Assembly: GCF_006345805.1 (NCBI RefSeq)
Contig: NC_043006.1
Location: 66,092,001 to 66,156,000 of the forward strand
Direction: 5' to 3'
DNA: 64,000 bases
Origin: Octopus sinensis
Taxonomy: Eukaryota
In this document: one piece after another, positions 25,303 to 40,110 of the stretch
Layout of the letters: the number at the start of each line of letters is the position of its first letter
Position numbering within the stretch: the first letter of the stretch is position 1
The notes under the pieces: model-generated
What the model saw: the letters and a program-made list of their open reading frames with translations, nothing else
Database searches by the model: none
What the model was told of the DNA's origin: nothing
Position numbers and translations under genes: made by a program

Positions 25303-25501
25303 TTCATTATTATCAACCACAAGGGCATTTAATACGAAAATATTGAGGTTTGATAGCATAAAGAATGCCTTGGGCAGCATGCACTTACACACGCACACAG
25401 ACTTACATACGCGTATACACTCACACATACATACATACATACATTATGTTATATATATATATATACACATATTATATGTTATATTTATACATACATATAC
25501 G

Positions 25502-25533
<32 letters not shown>

Positions 25534-25829
25534 ATTATATATATATATATATATATGTATGTATTATATATAAACAAATAACAATAATAATATTCGTTTC
25601 AAATTTTGGCACAAGGCCAGCGATTTCGGGGGCAGGGGTAAATCAATTACTTCGACTCCAGTGCTTGACTGGTACTTATTTTATCGATCCCGAAGGAATG
25701 AAATGCAAAGTTGACTTCGGCAGAATTTGAACTGGGAACGGAAAGACGGGACGAAAAGCCGCTAAGCATTTTGCCCGACGAGCTAACGACTATGCCAGTT
25801 CGCAATAATAATAATAATAATAGCAAGAA

Positions 25830-26415
25830 TAAAACTCGTTGAAAACCACGAGAGACGTAAGAAGCTTCATTCTATCTTGAAGGAGAACAAACAATTTGCT
25901 AATGAGTTCATGCATAATATTCATGTTGAACAGAATGATGGAAGTGCGGAAACTGTTGCTACGAATAAGGTGAAATCAATGGTAGAGCAAAAAATGTTTG
26001 AACAATTGGCTGATAGTTGAGAACAAAAACCTCTGCTTAACAAATACATGGCCGTAGCAAGCAAGCTGATATAGATCAGAAGCACACTCATCAATATCTA
26101 CGGAGTTCAGGGCTAAAGCAGAAAGCGAAGGCTTTATCTTAGTCGCTCAAGATCAGAGCCTATTGACCTGTAACTACCAAGCAAATGTGATAAAAAATGG
26201 AATATACCCTAAGTGCCCCTACAGCGATTATCATTTTCCAGTATTCCTACACACACACACACACACACACACATACATGTTTATCTAATTTCAAATCCTG
26301 CCGAGCTCAGCTTTATTGATACCGATCAAGTACTGGGATCAATTTAATCGAATAACTTCTTCACCAAACCCAAGACTAACCTAGTTTGTGCTGGTTTTAC
26401 GCCTAAAATAGAAAC

Positions 26416-26451
<36 letters not shown>

Positions 26452-27074
26452 CTTTCAGTTTTGTTTCCATTTCTTGCCGAGTGTCTTCCCGACACCTAGG
26501 GCAAAGAAACTCACTGTATACATTGGTAGGCCATTAAAATAAACACACCAGAGAATAAATCAAGACATGACAGAGTTGGCTAATTAATACATTGAATAAT
26601 GTGTCCGCATCATAAAACCAAAACTGCTGTCAAATTGTACAAGCACCATTCTGAGGTTGAAACCGAGGGAGAAAATGTAACGATTCTTTGGGACTTTCCA
26701 ATACATTCAGACTAGGCCATCAAAGCTAATAAACCAGATATTGTTGTAAAAGACCAAAACAAATAAAGTCTGTTTATTGATTGACATGAGCATACCTTGG
26801 GAACATAATATGTCGGCAAAAGAATTTGATAAGCTCAGAAAATATAAAGATTTGCTAATCGCAAAGATGTGGCATCACAAGACGGTTACAGTACCAATTA
26901 TTATAGGATCACTTGGAATGATCAAAAGAGGAACTGAAGATTATTTGAGAATGATCCCTGGCTTACCATCTATGCCAGAAGTGAAAAAGATTGTTTTAAC
27001 TGGTACGTCACACGTACTGAGAAGAACATTGTCACTGTGTATTTTGTTTCCTTTTTCCCCTTTATTTCCTGATT

Positions 27075-27118
<44 letters not shown>

Positions 27119-27268
27119 TCCTTCCTTCCTTTTTTTCCTATCTCATGACTTTGAAAATGAACAATCTGGTGTGTTTATTTTAATGGCCTACCACTGTATA
27201 CAGTGAGTTTCTTTGCCTTAGGTGTTGGGAAGACACTCGACAAGAAATAGAGACAAAACTGAAAGACG

Positions 27269-27300
<32 letters not shown>
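25830..27300 (+). mobile_element. R4/Dong-clade LINE 3' part with REL endonuclease and (TAA)n tail
   Basis: ESEGFILVAQDQSL, RHD, ILWDFPIH..NKPDIVV, LIDMSIP..KEFDKLRKYKDL..PIIIGSLG. Contains stops and frameshifts and is interrupted at ~26230-26550. Confidence 0.85.
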
Positions 27301-27301
<1 letters not shown>

Positions 27302-27437
27302 GTTTCTATTTTAGGCATAAAACCAACGCAAACTAGGTTAATCTTGAGTGTGGTGTAGAGGTTATTCGATTAAATTGATTCCAGTACTTGAACGGCGTCA
27401 ATAAAGCTGAGCTCGGCAGGATTTGAAATCACACACA

Positions 27438-27480
<43 letters not shown>

Positions 27481-27797
27481 ACACACACACACACAGAGGA
27501 ATACTGGAAAAGATAACATTCAAAATACAGAATGAAAGACTTGCTCAGTAAAGGTTATTTCCATAGAGTTAACAGTAAAAAATCTCATTCGGTATGCCAG
27601 AAATATTATACAAGCAATGAGAACTCGAGGACAGTATCAATAATAAAGTGATGAGGAGGAACCAATGCGTGGAGGAAGGGTGAATGAAACGATATCAGCA
27701 AAAAGATAAAGATGCCACTTACAGAGAAGCGTGCCTCCCCACTCAGAAGTGAACCAGTTATCCTGGAAAGGAATAGAACGAAAATGGAGGTAATGGG

Positions 27798-28252
27798 CAG
27801 TGGCGGACTGGGTCTAAAATATTGGTTACCAGGCGACTAAGGGGGCCCACCCGCAACTACAAGAGGGCCCACCCGCAACTACAAGGGGGCCCACCCGCAA
27901 CTACAAGGGGGCCCACCCGCAGCTACAAGAGAGCCCACCCGCAACTACAAGGGAGCCAACAGGCAGCTATAAGGGAGCCCATCCGCAACTACAAGGGGAT
28001 CAACCGCAACTACAAGGGGGGCAGCTACAATGCTATCATTTAATTTTTTTGTTAAAAATATTCTTTTCAACTGTCTACAAACACAGCTAGGCTGGAGTAA
28101 TTTATGCATTCTTCCAAGAGTGAATAAAAAAATTCTCAAACTTGAGGGGATGGGCCCCTTAGATATTAACATGAGTCCCCATATATGGATTCTAATAACG
28201 CAGGGGCCCACTTGCCATCGAGAAAGCTGACAAACTGGTCAGTCCGCTACTG
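27798..28252. mobile_element. hAT MITE with an internal 22-bp tandem repeat
   Basis: TIR CAGT(G/A)GCGGACTG; 8-bp TSD GTAATGGG / GTAAAGGG; (GGGGGCCCACCCGCAACTACAA)n at ~27841-28030. Confidence 0.85.
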
Positions 28253-28635
28253 GTAAAGGGTGTTAGAAATGTTGAAGAATTAGAGAAAACAAATCCGGGA
28301 TTCTTTTTTGGAGAGGAAGAGGATCTTTAGGTGATGGTAAGTGAAGGGTTATAAGTGAAGGGTTATTTAAAAAGTTGTTTAGGGTCCAAAGGAAAAAAAT
28401 AAATCAGCAGGAAAACAAAACAAACAAAAAATAGGAATGTGTGGGGAAAAATGAAGTCAAAAATTGAAGGCAAAAAGTTCGAGTCAAAATTTTTACAAAC
28501 GAGATGAAAGAGAGATAACGACGTTGGTATTGGTTAAAGTAGCGGAATGAGACGATCAGGCGCAGCTGTTTGGACGTTGACGATTTGGTGCGGTTATCTG
28601 AACATTCAGCTTGTTTTGGCTACTGGTAAACACAC

Positions 28636-28718
<83 letters not shown>

Positions 28719-28848
28719 CAGGTTATAATTTATTAATTGAACACGAGTGACACAAACACTTTTCTTCATTTTCACGCCTTTTCATTCCTTCAACATGGGT
28801 TGTTCACATTATCTTTTCACGTTTCTCCCCTTTTTCACAGCACACACA

Positions 28849-28975
28849 GAGGAATAGAGGGAGACCCAAAGCGACATGGTGTGTCACATTCAATGAAGAT
28901 CTGAAGCAACGTAGCATCACCTAAGAAGATGCGGGTGACAATGCTCACAACCAGGATGACTGGAGACATCTACAA
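28849..28975 (+). pseudogene. RTE LINE C-terminal remnant
   Basis: RGRPKATWCVTFNEDLKQ..AHNQDDWRHL. Confidence 0.6.
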
Positions 28976-29468
28976 GAGGAACTTCAAGACTTCGATACAA
29001 AGTTAGGACAGACATAAATATTATGTAAGGACCTTAATCGGGGAGAGCACAAGAATGCTTCTTATCCTAGAACCCAGGTTGTAACACGACAGGAAACGAA
29101 AGTAGACCTGTTGCAGCACCAAAACTGTTGCAGCGTAACGGTATTGATGTTATAATTATTGTTAATATAGACACAAGTAAGTGCTAACAGTAATCGGTTG
29201 TCGCGAACATAGGGGAGATGTATTATTTGATGGCCCATGGTTGTTTGAGGGAGAAGAGGAAGGGGAGGTGGAGGAGGAGGAAGTGAAGTTAAAGACGTAA
29301 AGAGTAAGTGGAGGTTGTGGATATTAAGTGAGTATTGGAAACAGTCATTGTGTATAAAGAGGAGAGAGAGAGAGGGGGGGGAGAAAGAGGATAGCTCTCC
29401 ACCTCCTTCCCTACCAAATATTGTAGCATAAAAGTACGAAAGGATGTACTACATAGACTTTTACTAGT

Positions 29469-29513
<45 letters not shown>

Positions 29514-29744
29514 GCACGCACACATAAAATTAGTTTTAAATATATATTTTTTTACTGGTTATAAATGTATGTATACAAGGAGAAATGGAGAGAGAGAGAG
29601 GAGAGAGAAAAGCTACAATATTTTTAGACTGTGTGACATTTAGTTGGAGATGCTGACCTTTGTCCAGTTATTGATTGTTTATCCTTTAAAACCCCCACCT
29701 CTCTTACTAGACTCACAACCAAACAAAAATAACAATAATAATAA

Positions 29745-29961
29745 TGCTTTCTACTAAAGGCGCAAGGCCTGAAATTTTGCAGGGAGGGGACTAGTCGGTT
29801 ACATTGACCCCAGAGTTTCACTGGTACTTAATTTATCGACCCCGAAAGGATGAAAGGTAAAGTCGACCTCGGCGGAATTTGAACTCAGAACGTAGCAGAA
29901 GACCAAATGCCGCAAAGTATTTTGCCCGGCGTGCTCACAATTCTGCCACCTCACCGCCTTA
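29745..29961 (-). mobile_element. tRNA-derived SINE, family B; further copies near 2865, 25595, 31235, 31589, 39510, 43718, 47927, 50895, 51235, 54930, 55179, 55440
   Basis: B-box GAGTTCAAATTCC and core GCCTTTCATCCTTTCGGGGTCGATAAATTAAGTACC. An 18-bp TSD flanks the 50895 copy (50877-50894 and 51040-51057) and a 16-bp TSD flanks the 43718 copy. Confidence 0.9.
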
Positions 29962-31838
29962 ATAATAATAATAACAACAATAATAATAATAATAATAATA
30001 ATAATGTCACACTGTTGATTTTTGGGATTATGCTTTGGCTAAAGTACTGGACTTTGTGTAACAATGTGCATTGGGCGTAAATGTGGATGGTCAGTATAGA
30101 TGTGTACTGGTGGCAGTTTGGAATGGTCAGTGTAGGAAAGTGTACAGGTGATAGTAGATGACCAGTATAGCAAGATATATTGTTAGCAGTTGGAGATGAT
30201 CAGTGTTGATATAGATCAAGCGTAAGCACAACCTCTATCGAGAAGTGAGCCGCACAATGAATGGCTCATCATCAGGCAGACCGCCGAACTATTACGTCTT
30301 TCTGCACTGGATACGGGAGTGGAGCGTAGTAATCACTATTGAGCCCGATCTTTGTTACATATCATACTTCAAAATGCCTTAAGTGTGTCTATGTCTGTTG
30401 CTTTTAGTGTAGTTCAGAGCTAACGCCTGATAAATGCTACAAGTAACTAGTCGTGATGTTTCTCGTCTACATAACAGTATGTTCACTGGTTGTGCGTACA
30501 GAATAATTAAAGTATTGAGCCATTGTGTGTTTATGGTGAAAATGCGTGTAAGTGTACAACACTTACGTTTAATAAATGTAAACGCAATGTCGCTGTTTGA
30601 TTAGTGTACTGTGTCTGTTTCTTCGGCGAAGTTTAAAACAGTTTGAAAACGAACCTATGTAAACTCTTATTTACTATATAAAGTATTTGCCCGCGCGGGT
30701 TCACATACACACACACACACACACACAATGAAAACGTGTGCTCACACCACATTTGACAGACGTATTTATGAATTCTTTATTTGTGGATTAACAATGTCAG
30801 TAATGGTTTCACGCAGGAAGTTCCACATTTACGCAAGCGTTCCTCTTAAATATGTTATAATCTGCATCCATATTGGACGAAACTACCAGAATTTACACGA
30901 AATTTTAGGCAACTTCAAAACCTGTCCTTGGTTTCTAAATTCACAGATAAGGGGAGGAAACCCATTAAAGGACTTCTCAGTTATTTCCCTTGTAGGTTCA
31001 CACTACTATGAGCTTGACGCTCGGTGATAACGTTTCGGATAATGCTCTTCTTCGGATAGTGGAAAAAAGATGAGGAGAAACTAGGTGAAACTGTTAAAAG
31101 AAAGAGGCAGAATAGAAAAAAATAAAAACAGTAATATCGGTGAGAGAAGTCATATGGTGTTGGCATACATGTCTGGTTGCTTAATTACGACTCTATTCAT
31201 ACACTCACGCGCACGTGCATACATATAGACATATTGTTTTCTACTCTAGGCACAAGGCCCGAAAATTTGGGGGAGAGGGTCAGTCGATTAGATCGACCCC
31301 AGTACGCAACTGGTACTTAATTTATCAACCCCGAAATGATGAGAGGCAATAAACATATCACATCTTATTCTCTTTTATCACTTTCACTCCATCCGTTCCA
31401 CATTTACTGTTTTCTGTATTCCATTCTTTTCCGTCTCTTTCTTATCATTCACTTACAGAATGCCACTACTAGCTCGACTTCAATCCCAATAATAACACTG
31501 AGGATGTGTGTGCGCACGCACACACACACGTGTTTCATATAAATACATGCATATATATAATATATATACACACACCCATATGTATATATTTCTTTACTAC
31601 CCACAAGGGGCTAAACACAAAGAGGACAAACAAGGACAGACAAAGGGATTAAGTCGATTACATCGACCCCAGTGCGCAACTGGTACTTAATTTATCGACC
31701 CCGAAAGGATGAAAGGCAAAGTCGACCTCGGCGGAATTTGAACTCAGAACGTAACGGCAGATGAAAAACGGCCACGCATTTCGCCCGGCGTGCTAACGTT
31801 TCTGCCAGCTCGCCGATAGCAGTATATGTCTGTGCCTG

Positions 31839-31893
<55 letters not shown>

Positions 31894-32029
31894 GCTTGTC
31901 TGTCTGTCTATACATGCATGTATATCTATATAAGAATGCGTATGCAATCATGTGTGCATGTGTATATATGTACTCATCTAATGCAAGCACATATGTCTGT
32001 ATGTTTATATATGTACGTATGTACGTGTA

Positions 32030-32079
<50 letters not shown>

Positions 32080-33044
32080 CACAAGTATATATATAAATAC
32101 ACAAGTGCACACACACACACACACACACACATATCTTAGCTAACACACACACACATATATCGTTTCGCCAATCAATACGACCCGAAATCTTCATTTCCAG
32201 GAATTAATTCCGCAGAGATCAATGTTGTGTGACAGGACATTCCAGCAAGGTTTATAATCGGGACATTACTGCAATACTGATGGTGACGGTGGTAGTAGTG
32301 GTGGCTACGGCGAAGGTGATAGTAGTAGTAGTAGTAGTAGTATCTTTAATGGTGGTGGCAGTGGTGTTTCTAGTGGTAGCGGTTGTGATGGCAGCGTGTG
32401 TTGTATTAGTGAAGGTGGTGGAGGTGTTCGTGTTCGTGATGGCGGCTGTGAAAGGATTGGACGAGGGGCGAGAGTCAGAAGAAAGGAGAAAAGAGGGGAG
32501 AGAAAGAAAGAAAGACATAGAGAGATAAAGGAGAACATGATATATATGTACCTTTTGTCATTAGACTGTGGCCATGCTGGAGCACAGTCTTGAAGAATTT
32601 GTAGTCGAATGAGTCGATCGCTGTACATTTTTAAAGCCTGGTACTTATTCTTTCGGTTACTTTTACGAAACCACTAAGTTATGAGGATGTAAACATACCA
32701 ACACCGGTTTTCAAGCGGCGTTGAGTGACAAATACAGACACACACACGCACAAATATACACACATGCACAAAATGGGCTTCTTTCGGTTTCTTTCTAGCA
32801 AATCCACTCATAAGGCCTTAGATGGTCCAAGGCCATAGTAAAAGACAAATGCCTAAGGTGTCACGTAGTGGAACTGAACCCAGAATCCTGTGATAGGGAA
32901 CCAAACTTCTTACCACACGGCCACGACTATAGTTCCGGATTCAGTGCCACTGCGTGACACATTGGGCAAATGTCTTCTGCTATAGCCTCGGGCCGACAAA
33001 AGCCTTGAGTGGATTTGGTAGAAGGAAACTAAAAAAAGCCCGCC

Positions 33045-33086
<42 letters not shown>

Positions 33087-33484
33087 TTGACAACTCCACT
33101 AGAATGGACGAAAGCGCGAATATATGATATATGATATATGATATATGATGTATAAAAACATGTAATATACAAATAAATATCGTAAATATAAAACCATCCG
33201 AATTTCTGAGTACCTCATTTCTTCTAATATAAAATACCTGTACATCATCTCCAAACCTTCTAATATATATATATATAAGACGGAATCACCACACAGGAGA
33301 GAATTAACAAGGAGAATATCTTTATTGAAAAATTCAAAACGCATCTTAATATGCAAACTCCTCGTTGATCATACTTCTTTTTTCTACCTCATTCTTCATG
33401 GATGGACTAATACAAATATATAAGGATACCATACAGTCATCACTTCAAGCTAAAACTTATATTCTTTATTTATCATTATTATTA

Positions 33485-33530
<46 letters not shown>

Positions 33531-34329
33531 TTTATTTTTATTATATATGACATAACAATCTGAAATGTAATTATAAATTGGTTTATGTAAATTTATATAA
33601 TTAGAAAACAATATAAATAAAGTGTTAAAATCTGAATGTTAAGTTAGCAAACAATTATATAAAAAAATAAAAAAAGATAATGCAAATGAAGCTAAAATGA
33701 TAATGTTATAATTTAAGGTCTATTAACACCCTTTATTACGAAAAATTGATAAACCCAAATTGAAGAGCTTAAAACCCACAGACTGAAACAAGTAAAAGAA
33801 TAAAAGAGTATATATATATATACTTTGTTTGAAATAGGAGCCGAAATTTCCTTGAAATTACACTCTATTATAAGAAGGAAGACACTATTGGAAAATGTAG
33901 ACCTTAACATGATAATAAAATGAATGGTCACAGCTGGAATGCTTTTGATCATAGGCCTGCTTGATCAGAGTTGAGATGGACAAAACAACAACAACAAACT
34001 ACTCTACTACTACTACTACTACTAGTAGTAGTAGTAGTAGCAGCAGCAGTAGTAGTAGTAGAGTAGCAATTGTCACCAAATACCAACAGATGTGTCTGTA
34101 AGATAAGAATCGTTAGATCGCAAAAACAAAAATAGGTGACTGCTCAAATTTTATTTGTTGATGTGTCTGTGTGTGTGTGTGTGTGTGTGTGTAAAATTCT
34201 TTGTATTCCTATTATATATATATATAATGCTTTTTGTTCCTCGAGTTATATATCATCATAAAGCGTAAATGAAAAATCAATGAGAAAATACTAACAAAAG
34301 CCAAACTTTATACAGTAACAACAAAATTA

Positions 34330-34545
34330 ACAGAAAAAATGCGGAAGACCCAACTGTGATATATGTTTTAACTTGACAGAAGAATCAGAGATCCGTTTCA
34401 AACATGAAAAGTTCTTCACATTAAAAAATAGAACTTCAGCTGAGCATATCAAAACTTAATCTATGCAATAACATGCTCAAGATGTGAGGAACGTTACATT
34501 GGACGGACACGAAACGCTTTACGACAACGCATGACTCTGCATAGT
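34330..34545 (+). pseudogene. Decayed PLE GIY-YIG remnant related to the 13627 element; a related 3' remnant lies at ~33185-33350
   Basis: KKCGRPNCDIC motif here, and RINKENIFIEKFKTHLN at 33.3 kb. Confidence 0.6.
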
Positions 34546-34619
34546 GGTTACAATAGATAGAGAAAAGTTCAAAAACCGGCGACAAATGTAAACACACGCA
34601 CACACATACACACACACAC

Positions 34620-34652
<33 letters not shown>

Positions 34653-35820
34653 GAAGTGGTGCACCGTGAACTGTGCGCAGAAGAGGTAAAGAAAAAGTAG
34701 ACTAATGTTCCAAGTGAGATCTTTATCGAAATAGCGTAAGAGAAAAAGAAAAGAAACAATACCTGTTTAAAGCACATGCCTATCGGTCGCATCAAGAGCT
34801 CAGAGCAGAGAAAAAATCATGTGATCTGGCAGATCCGGTCGCCATAGCAGACGGTTGACATCTGTGAACAATATTAACAAGAATGCTTTTATGCCCCACG
34901 AGCCCATATGAGAGGTTCTCTCAATGTCAATAACGCACTATGCTGTGATCTAACACAAAACTCCCAAGTTGGAGAGAAAGATAAACTTCTGGTATTCATA
35001 CTTTTTCTGTCACAATAAATCATACACACACACTCACACATATAGGCATGGCTGTGTGGTAAGAAGCTTACTTCACAACCACATGGTTCTGGGTTAATTC
35101 CCACTACATGGCACCTTGGACAAGTATCTTCTACTATAGCTTCGGGTTTACCAAAGTCTTGTGAGCGGATTTGGTAGACGGAAACTGAAAGAAGCCCGTC
35201 GTATATATATATATGGCTGTGTGTCTTTGTGTTTGTTTGTCCTCCACTACCGCTTGACGACCGCTGTTGGTGTGTTTACGTCTCCATGACTTAGTGGCTC
35301 AGCAAAAGAGACCGATAGAATAAGTACCAAGCTTAAAAATAAGTGCTGGGTTCACCCATTCGACAAAAAAGATCTTCAAGGTGGTGCTCAAGCATGGCTG
35401 TAGTCTATCGACTGAAACAAGTAAAAGTTATATATTCTTTTACTTGTTTCAGTCATTTGACTGCGGCCATGCTGGTGCACTGCCTTTAGTCGAACAAATC
35501 GACCCCAGGACTTATTCTATCGGTCTCTTTTGCCGAACCACTAAGTTACGGAGACGTAAACACGCCAACATCGGTTGTCAAGTGATGGGGGGTGGGAGAC
35601 AAACACAGATACACAAACATATATATATATATATACACATATATACGACGGGCTTCTTTCAGTTTCCGTCTACCAAATCCACTCATAAGGCTTTGGTCGG
35701 CTCGAGGGTACAGTAGAAGACACTTGCCCAAGGTGTCACGCAATGAGACCGTAACCATGTGGTTGGTAAGCAAGCTACTTACCACACAGCCACTCCTGCG
35801 CCTATGCCACTCCATGTATG

Positions 35821-35861
<41 letters not shown>

Positions 35862-36469
35862 CTTTAATAGGCTCACTGTCTTCAAAATCACTCCAGCCAC
35901 GCTCGATTGGGTATATTAAAACATCAATTTAGGCCAAATGTACTTACTGCTCAGGTCACATGGCTTTATATTGCTGTTTTCAGGTAGGCCTATTCTTCAG
36001 ATATATTTACTAAACAGATACAAACTCTGCTGTAGGAATTTAGCCTATTTTTTATATGTAAACTTTTCGGCCCCTCCACTTTTCGTTGCTATATATACGC
36101 GACAATATATATCTTGGTAGGTTAGCGCAATGTCACGCTATCAAAATAAATATGGTAACGAACCTGCTGAAGATTAGTAACGAAATGTTAAAAAATATTA
36201 ATAAGAGAAAGATTAAACTCGAGTATAATCGTGTCTTTGATATACCAGGTTTGCTAAAAAAAAGCTGCGCGCGCGTACACACAACACTCACGCACACATA
36301 CACCTATGTTTTAATCGCAAATAAGAGGAAGAAGATTTAAATAGATATAGCAGAGTTTATATATTTATTCGAAGCGGTGCTATGTATGTGTGTGTGTGTA
36401 TGTGTGTGTAGAAACAGACACACTTATACACACAAACATACATATACACATTATGTATGTATGTATATA

Positions 36470-36508
<39 letters not shown>

Positions 36509-37989
36509 AGCAGTGCAATTAACAGCTCTTTAAGTATTCAATAATAGATAAGTGAATTGATTAGCCCGTTGGCAGCGAAGTACCTACCCCCAGTTGTAGA
36601 AAGGAGAGAAGGAAAAAAAATGGAGGGGGAGAAGAATGGAATGATAAAATGACGGAACGAAAAATGGAAAAAAATAGACAAGAAGGAATGAAAAAAAGTG
36701 TGGAGAAGAGAAAGTGGAAGAAAGGAAGAAAAGTGATCGAAATAATAAAGGAGGAAGAGAGGAAGAATGGAAGGGGAGAGAATAAGAAAGAAAAAAGAAA
36801 GGAAGAAAGCATAAAAAAGAAGTGAGTAGTGGTGAGTGAGGAGAAGGAAAAAACAACAAAGGCAAAGAAGTAGCCATAGAAGAAGAAATCAAGAAAGAAT
36901 TTCTTAAGAACGATGGAACTGTTTAGTGAGGAAAGATGAAAGAAAGAGAGACAGAAAGGGAAGAAGGAAAACAGAAAAAAACTGAAAAAGGAACGAAAAT
37001 AAAAAGATAGAAAAATGAATAAAAAACGAAGAAAAATAAAATACGAAAAGAAATCAAAATGGCGGCTATTGTATTTATTTTTGCGGTAAAAAAATGCGGC
37101 GGTTTGTATATTTGATTGTAAATCGAAGATTATTATTGGAATGACCGCGTATAAAAATAACCTCTCATAATGTATGTGTCTTCATACACGTATACACACA
37201 CATACACATATATTGAAATATACGCAAACACTCACTTATGTACACAGGGGCACACAAATACACATATCCATACAAATATACGGTAACACTCATATAGACA
37301 TAGAACACATACAAATACATACACATATATACACACGCAAGCGCAGATATACAAACGCATTCATACGCATATTTGCAGACACACATACGTACACATGCAC
37401 ATGCACTTGTATACATATACAATCAAACATACATATGTACACACATAAATTCAAACACATACATATACATATGAATACTTATATCTATACATAAATATAC
37501 ATATACAAATTACGCTCATACATGTTAACATACACATACGTACACAGACACTTGCATACGTACGCACACACACACACACGCACGAATACAAGACTTTATA
37601 TTCACACCACAAACACGTCTTATTTTCAACACAAGCACACAATGACATGTACACACATGTATACACACAAATTTGTAATATACACGCATATACTCACATG
37701 TATGCTCGCATACATATACACATGTATGTAATGTAGCCGCATGTGCACAAGTGTATATAAATGTCCAATTATCTATAGGTAACATATCAACCCAGACATA
37801 TATGTTTCATGTACAGGTGTATATGTAATATGTGTATTCGTGTATATTTTTGCGTAAATAAGTAATACACACACACACACACACACATATACATATATAT
37901 GTATATATATACACGCACATATGCATAAATCATGAATATACATTCATATATTCAGATACACACACAAATATGCACAGAGATGCTTACGC

Positions 37990-38001
37990 ACATGTATTGA
38001 A

Positions 38002-38052
<51 letters not shown>

Positions 38053-38212
38053 CATATATACATATATATATATATTTACATATAACATATATATTTACAT
38101 ATATACATATATATATATATATTTACATATATACATATATATATATATATTTACATATATACATATATATATATATATTTACATATATACATATATATAT
38201 ATATTTTACATA

Positions 38213-38262
<50 letters not shown>

Positions 38263-38322
38263 TATATATACATATATATATATATATATTTACATATATA
38301 CATATATATATATATATATTAC

Positions 38323-38353
<31 letters not shown>

Positions 38354-38444
38354 TTACATATATACATATATATATATATATTTAAATATATACATATAAT
38401 ATATATATATATTTACATATATACATATATATATATATATTTAC

Positions 38445-38476
<32 letters not shown>

Positions 38477-38480
38477 TTAC

Positions 38481-38519
<39 letters not shown>

Positions 38520-38634
38520 TACATATATATATATATTTACATATATACATATATATATATATATATAATATTACATATATACATATATATATATATATAT
38601 TTACATATATACATATATATATATATATTTACAT

Positions 38635-38688
<54 letters not shown>

Positions 38689-38796
38689 CATATAACATAT
38701 ATATATAATATATATATATTTACATATATACATAATATATATATAATATATATATATTTACATATATACATATAATATATATATATATATATTTAC

Positions 38797-38835
<39 letters not shown>

Positions 38836-38869
38836 ACATATATACATATATATATATATATATATTTAC

Positions 38870-38919
<50 letters not shown>

Positions 38920-38935
38920 TTACATATATACATAA
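37990..38935. repeat. Compound (TA)n satellite with recurring TTTACATATATACATA punctuation
   Basis: About 950 bp, directly visible. A similar compound tract lies at ~45615-46290. Confidence 0.95.
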
Positions 38936-39002
38936 TCAGTATGCACAAACAAATACGTGTGTTCGTTGTATATGTTTCTCTCTCTCTCTCTCTCTATCTA
39001 TA

Positions 39003-39067
<65 letters not shown>

Positions 39068-39076
39068 TAATAATAT

Positions 39077-39126
<50 letters not shown>

Positions 39127-39509
39127 CCAGTGTGTGTCTTTGCATGTAAGAGAGGGGATAGATAGATAGATAGAGAGTGAGTGAGTGTATCTCGAACCCA
39201 AAACAAACCAATGAAAAGCAGCCACCTTTGTTTTTAAGTTGCCACTTATGCAAATTTGAATTTGACACAGAATCGATTGAGCCGAGAGGAGATATTTGAT
39301 GTTTCAATGGTATTATAGCAGTTGTTGTTGTTATTGCTGCTGTTGTTGTTAGTTTTGGCTCCTGTTGTTCTTGCTATAGTCATAGCTGTGTAGATGTTTC
39401 TGTTGTGATCTGTTGTTGTTATGGTAAAAATAAAGAACAAAAAGAAATACTGCTCAAGATTTTCGCGACGTTCCAACGATTCTACTAATCCCATTGGCTC
39501 AATAATGAA

Positions 39510-40110
39510 TAGGAAGCGAGCTGGCAGAAACGTTAGCACGCCGGGTGAAATGCGTAGCCGTATTTCGTCTGCCGTTACGTCCTGAGTTCAAATTCCGCCG
39601 AGGTCGACTTTGTCTTTCATCCTTTCGGGGTCGATAAATTAAGTACCAGTTACGCACTGGGATCGATGTAATCAACTTAATACCCATGTCTTTCCTTGTT
39701 TGTCCCCTCTATGTTTAGCCCCTTGTGAGTAATAAAGAAATAGGTATAAGAAATAAAAATAGGTATTTCGTCTGCCGCTACGTTCTGAGTTCAAATTCCG
39801 CCGAGGTCGACTTTGCCTTTCATCCTTTCGGGGTCGATAAATTAAGTACCAGTTACGCACTGAGGTCGATATAATCGACTTAATCCGTTTGTCTGTCCTT
39901 GTTTGATGTCCTCTCTGTGTTTAGCTCCTTGTGGGTAGTAAAGAAATAGGTATTTCGTATGTCTTTATGTTCTGAGTTCAAATTCCACCGGGGTCGACTT
40001 TGCCTTTAATCATTTCGGAGTCAATAAATTAAGTACCAGTTACGTACTGGGGTTGATCTAATTGACTGGCCCCTCTCCCAAAATGTCGGGCCTTGTGCCT
40101 AGAGTAGAAA
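39510..40110 (+). mobile_element. Tandem trimer of SINE family B
   Basis: Three head-to-tail copies of GTATTTCGT..GAGTTCAAATTCC..AAGTACCAGTTACG. Confidence 0.85.

Noticed and set aside
27841-28030. CRISPR-like appearance of the 22-bp repeats
   Set aside because: Contiguous tandem units with no unique spacers, inside a hAT MITE in eukaryotic DNA.
30240-30280. Minus-strand CTGATGA followed by a TGAGCC/GGCTCA hairpin
   Set aside because: No GAAA follows stem II, so it is not a hammerhead.
37970-38695. Long YI/HT/CV-rich ORFs here and throughout the track
   Set aside because: They are translations of microsatellites.
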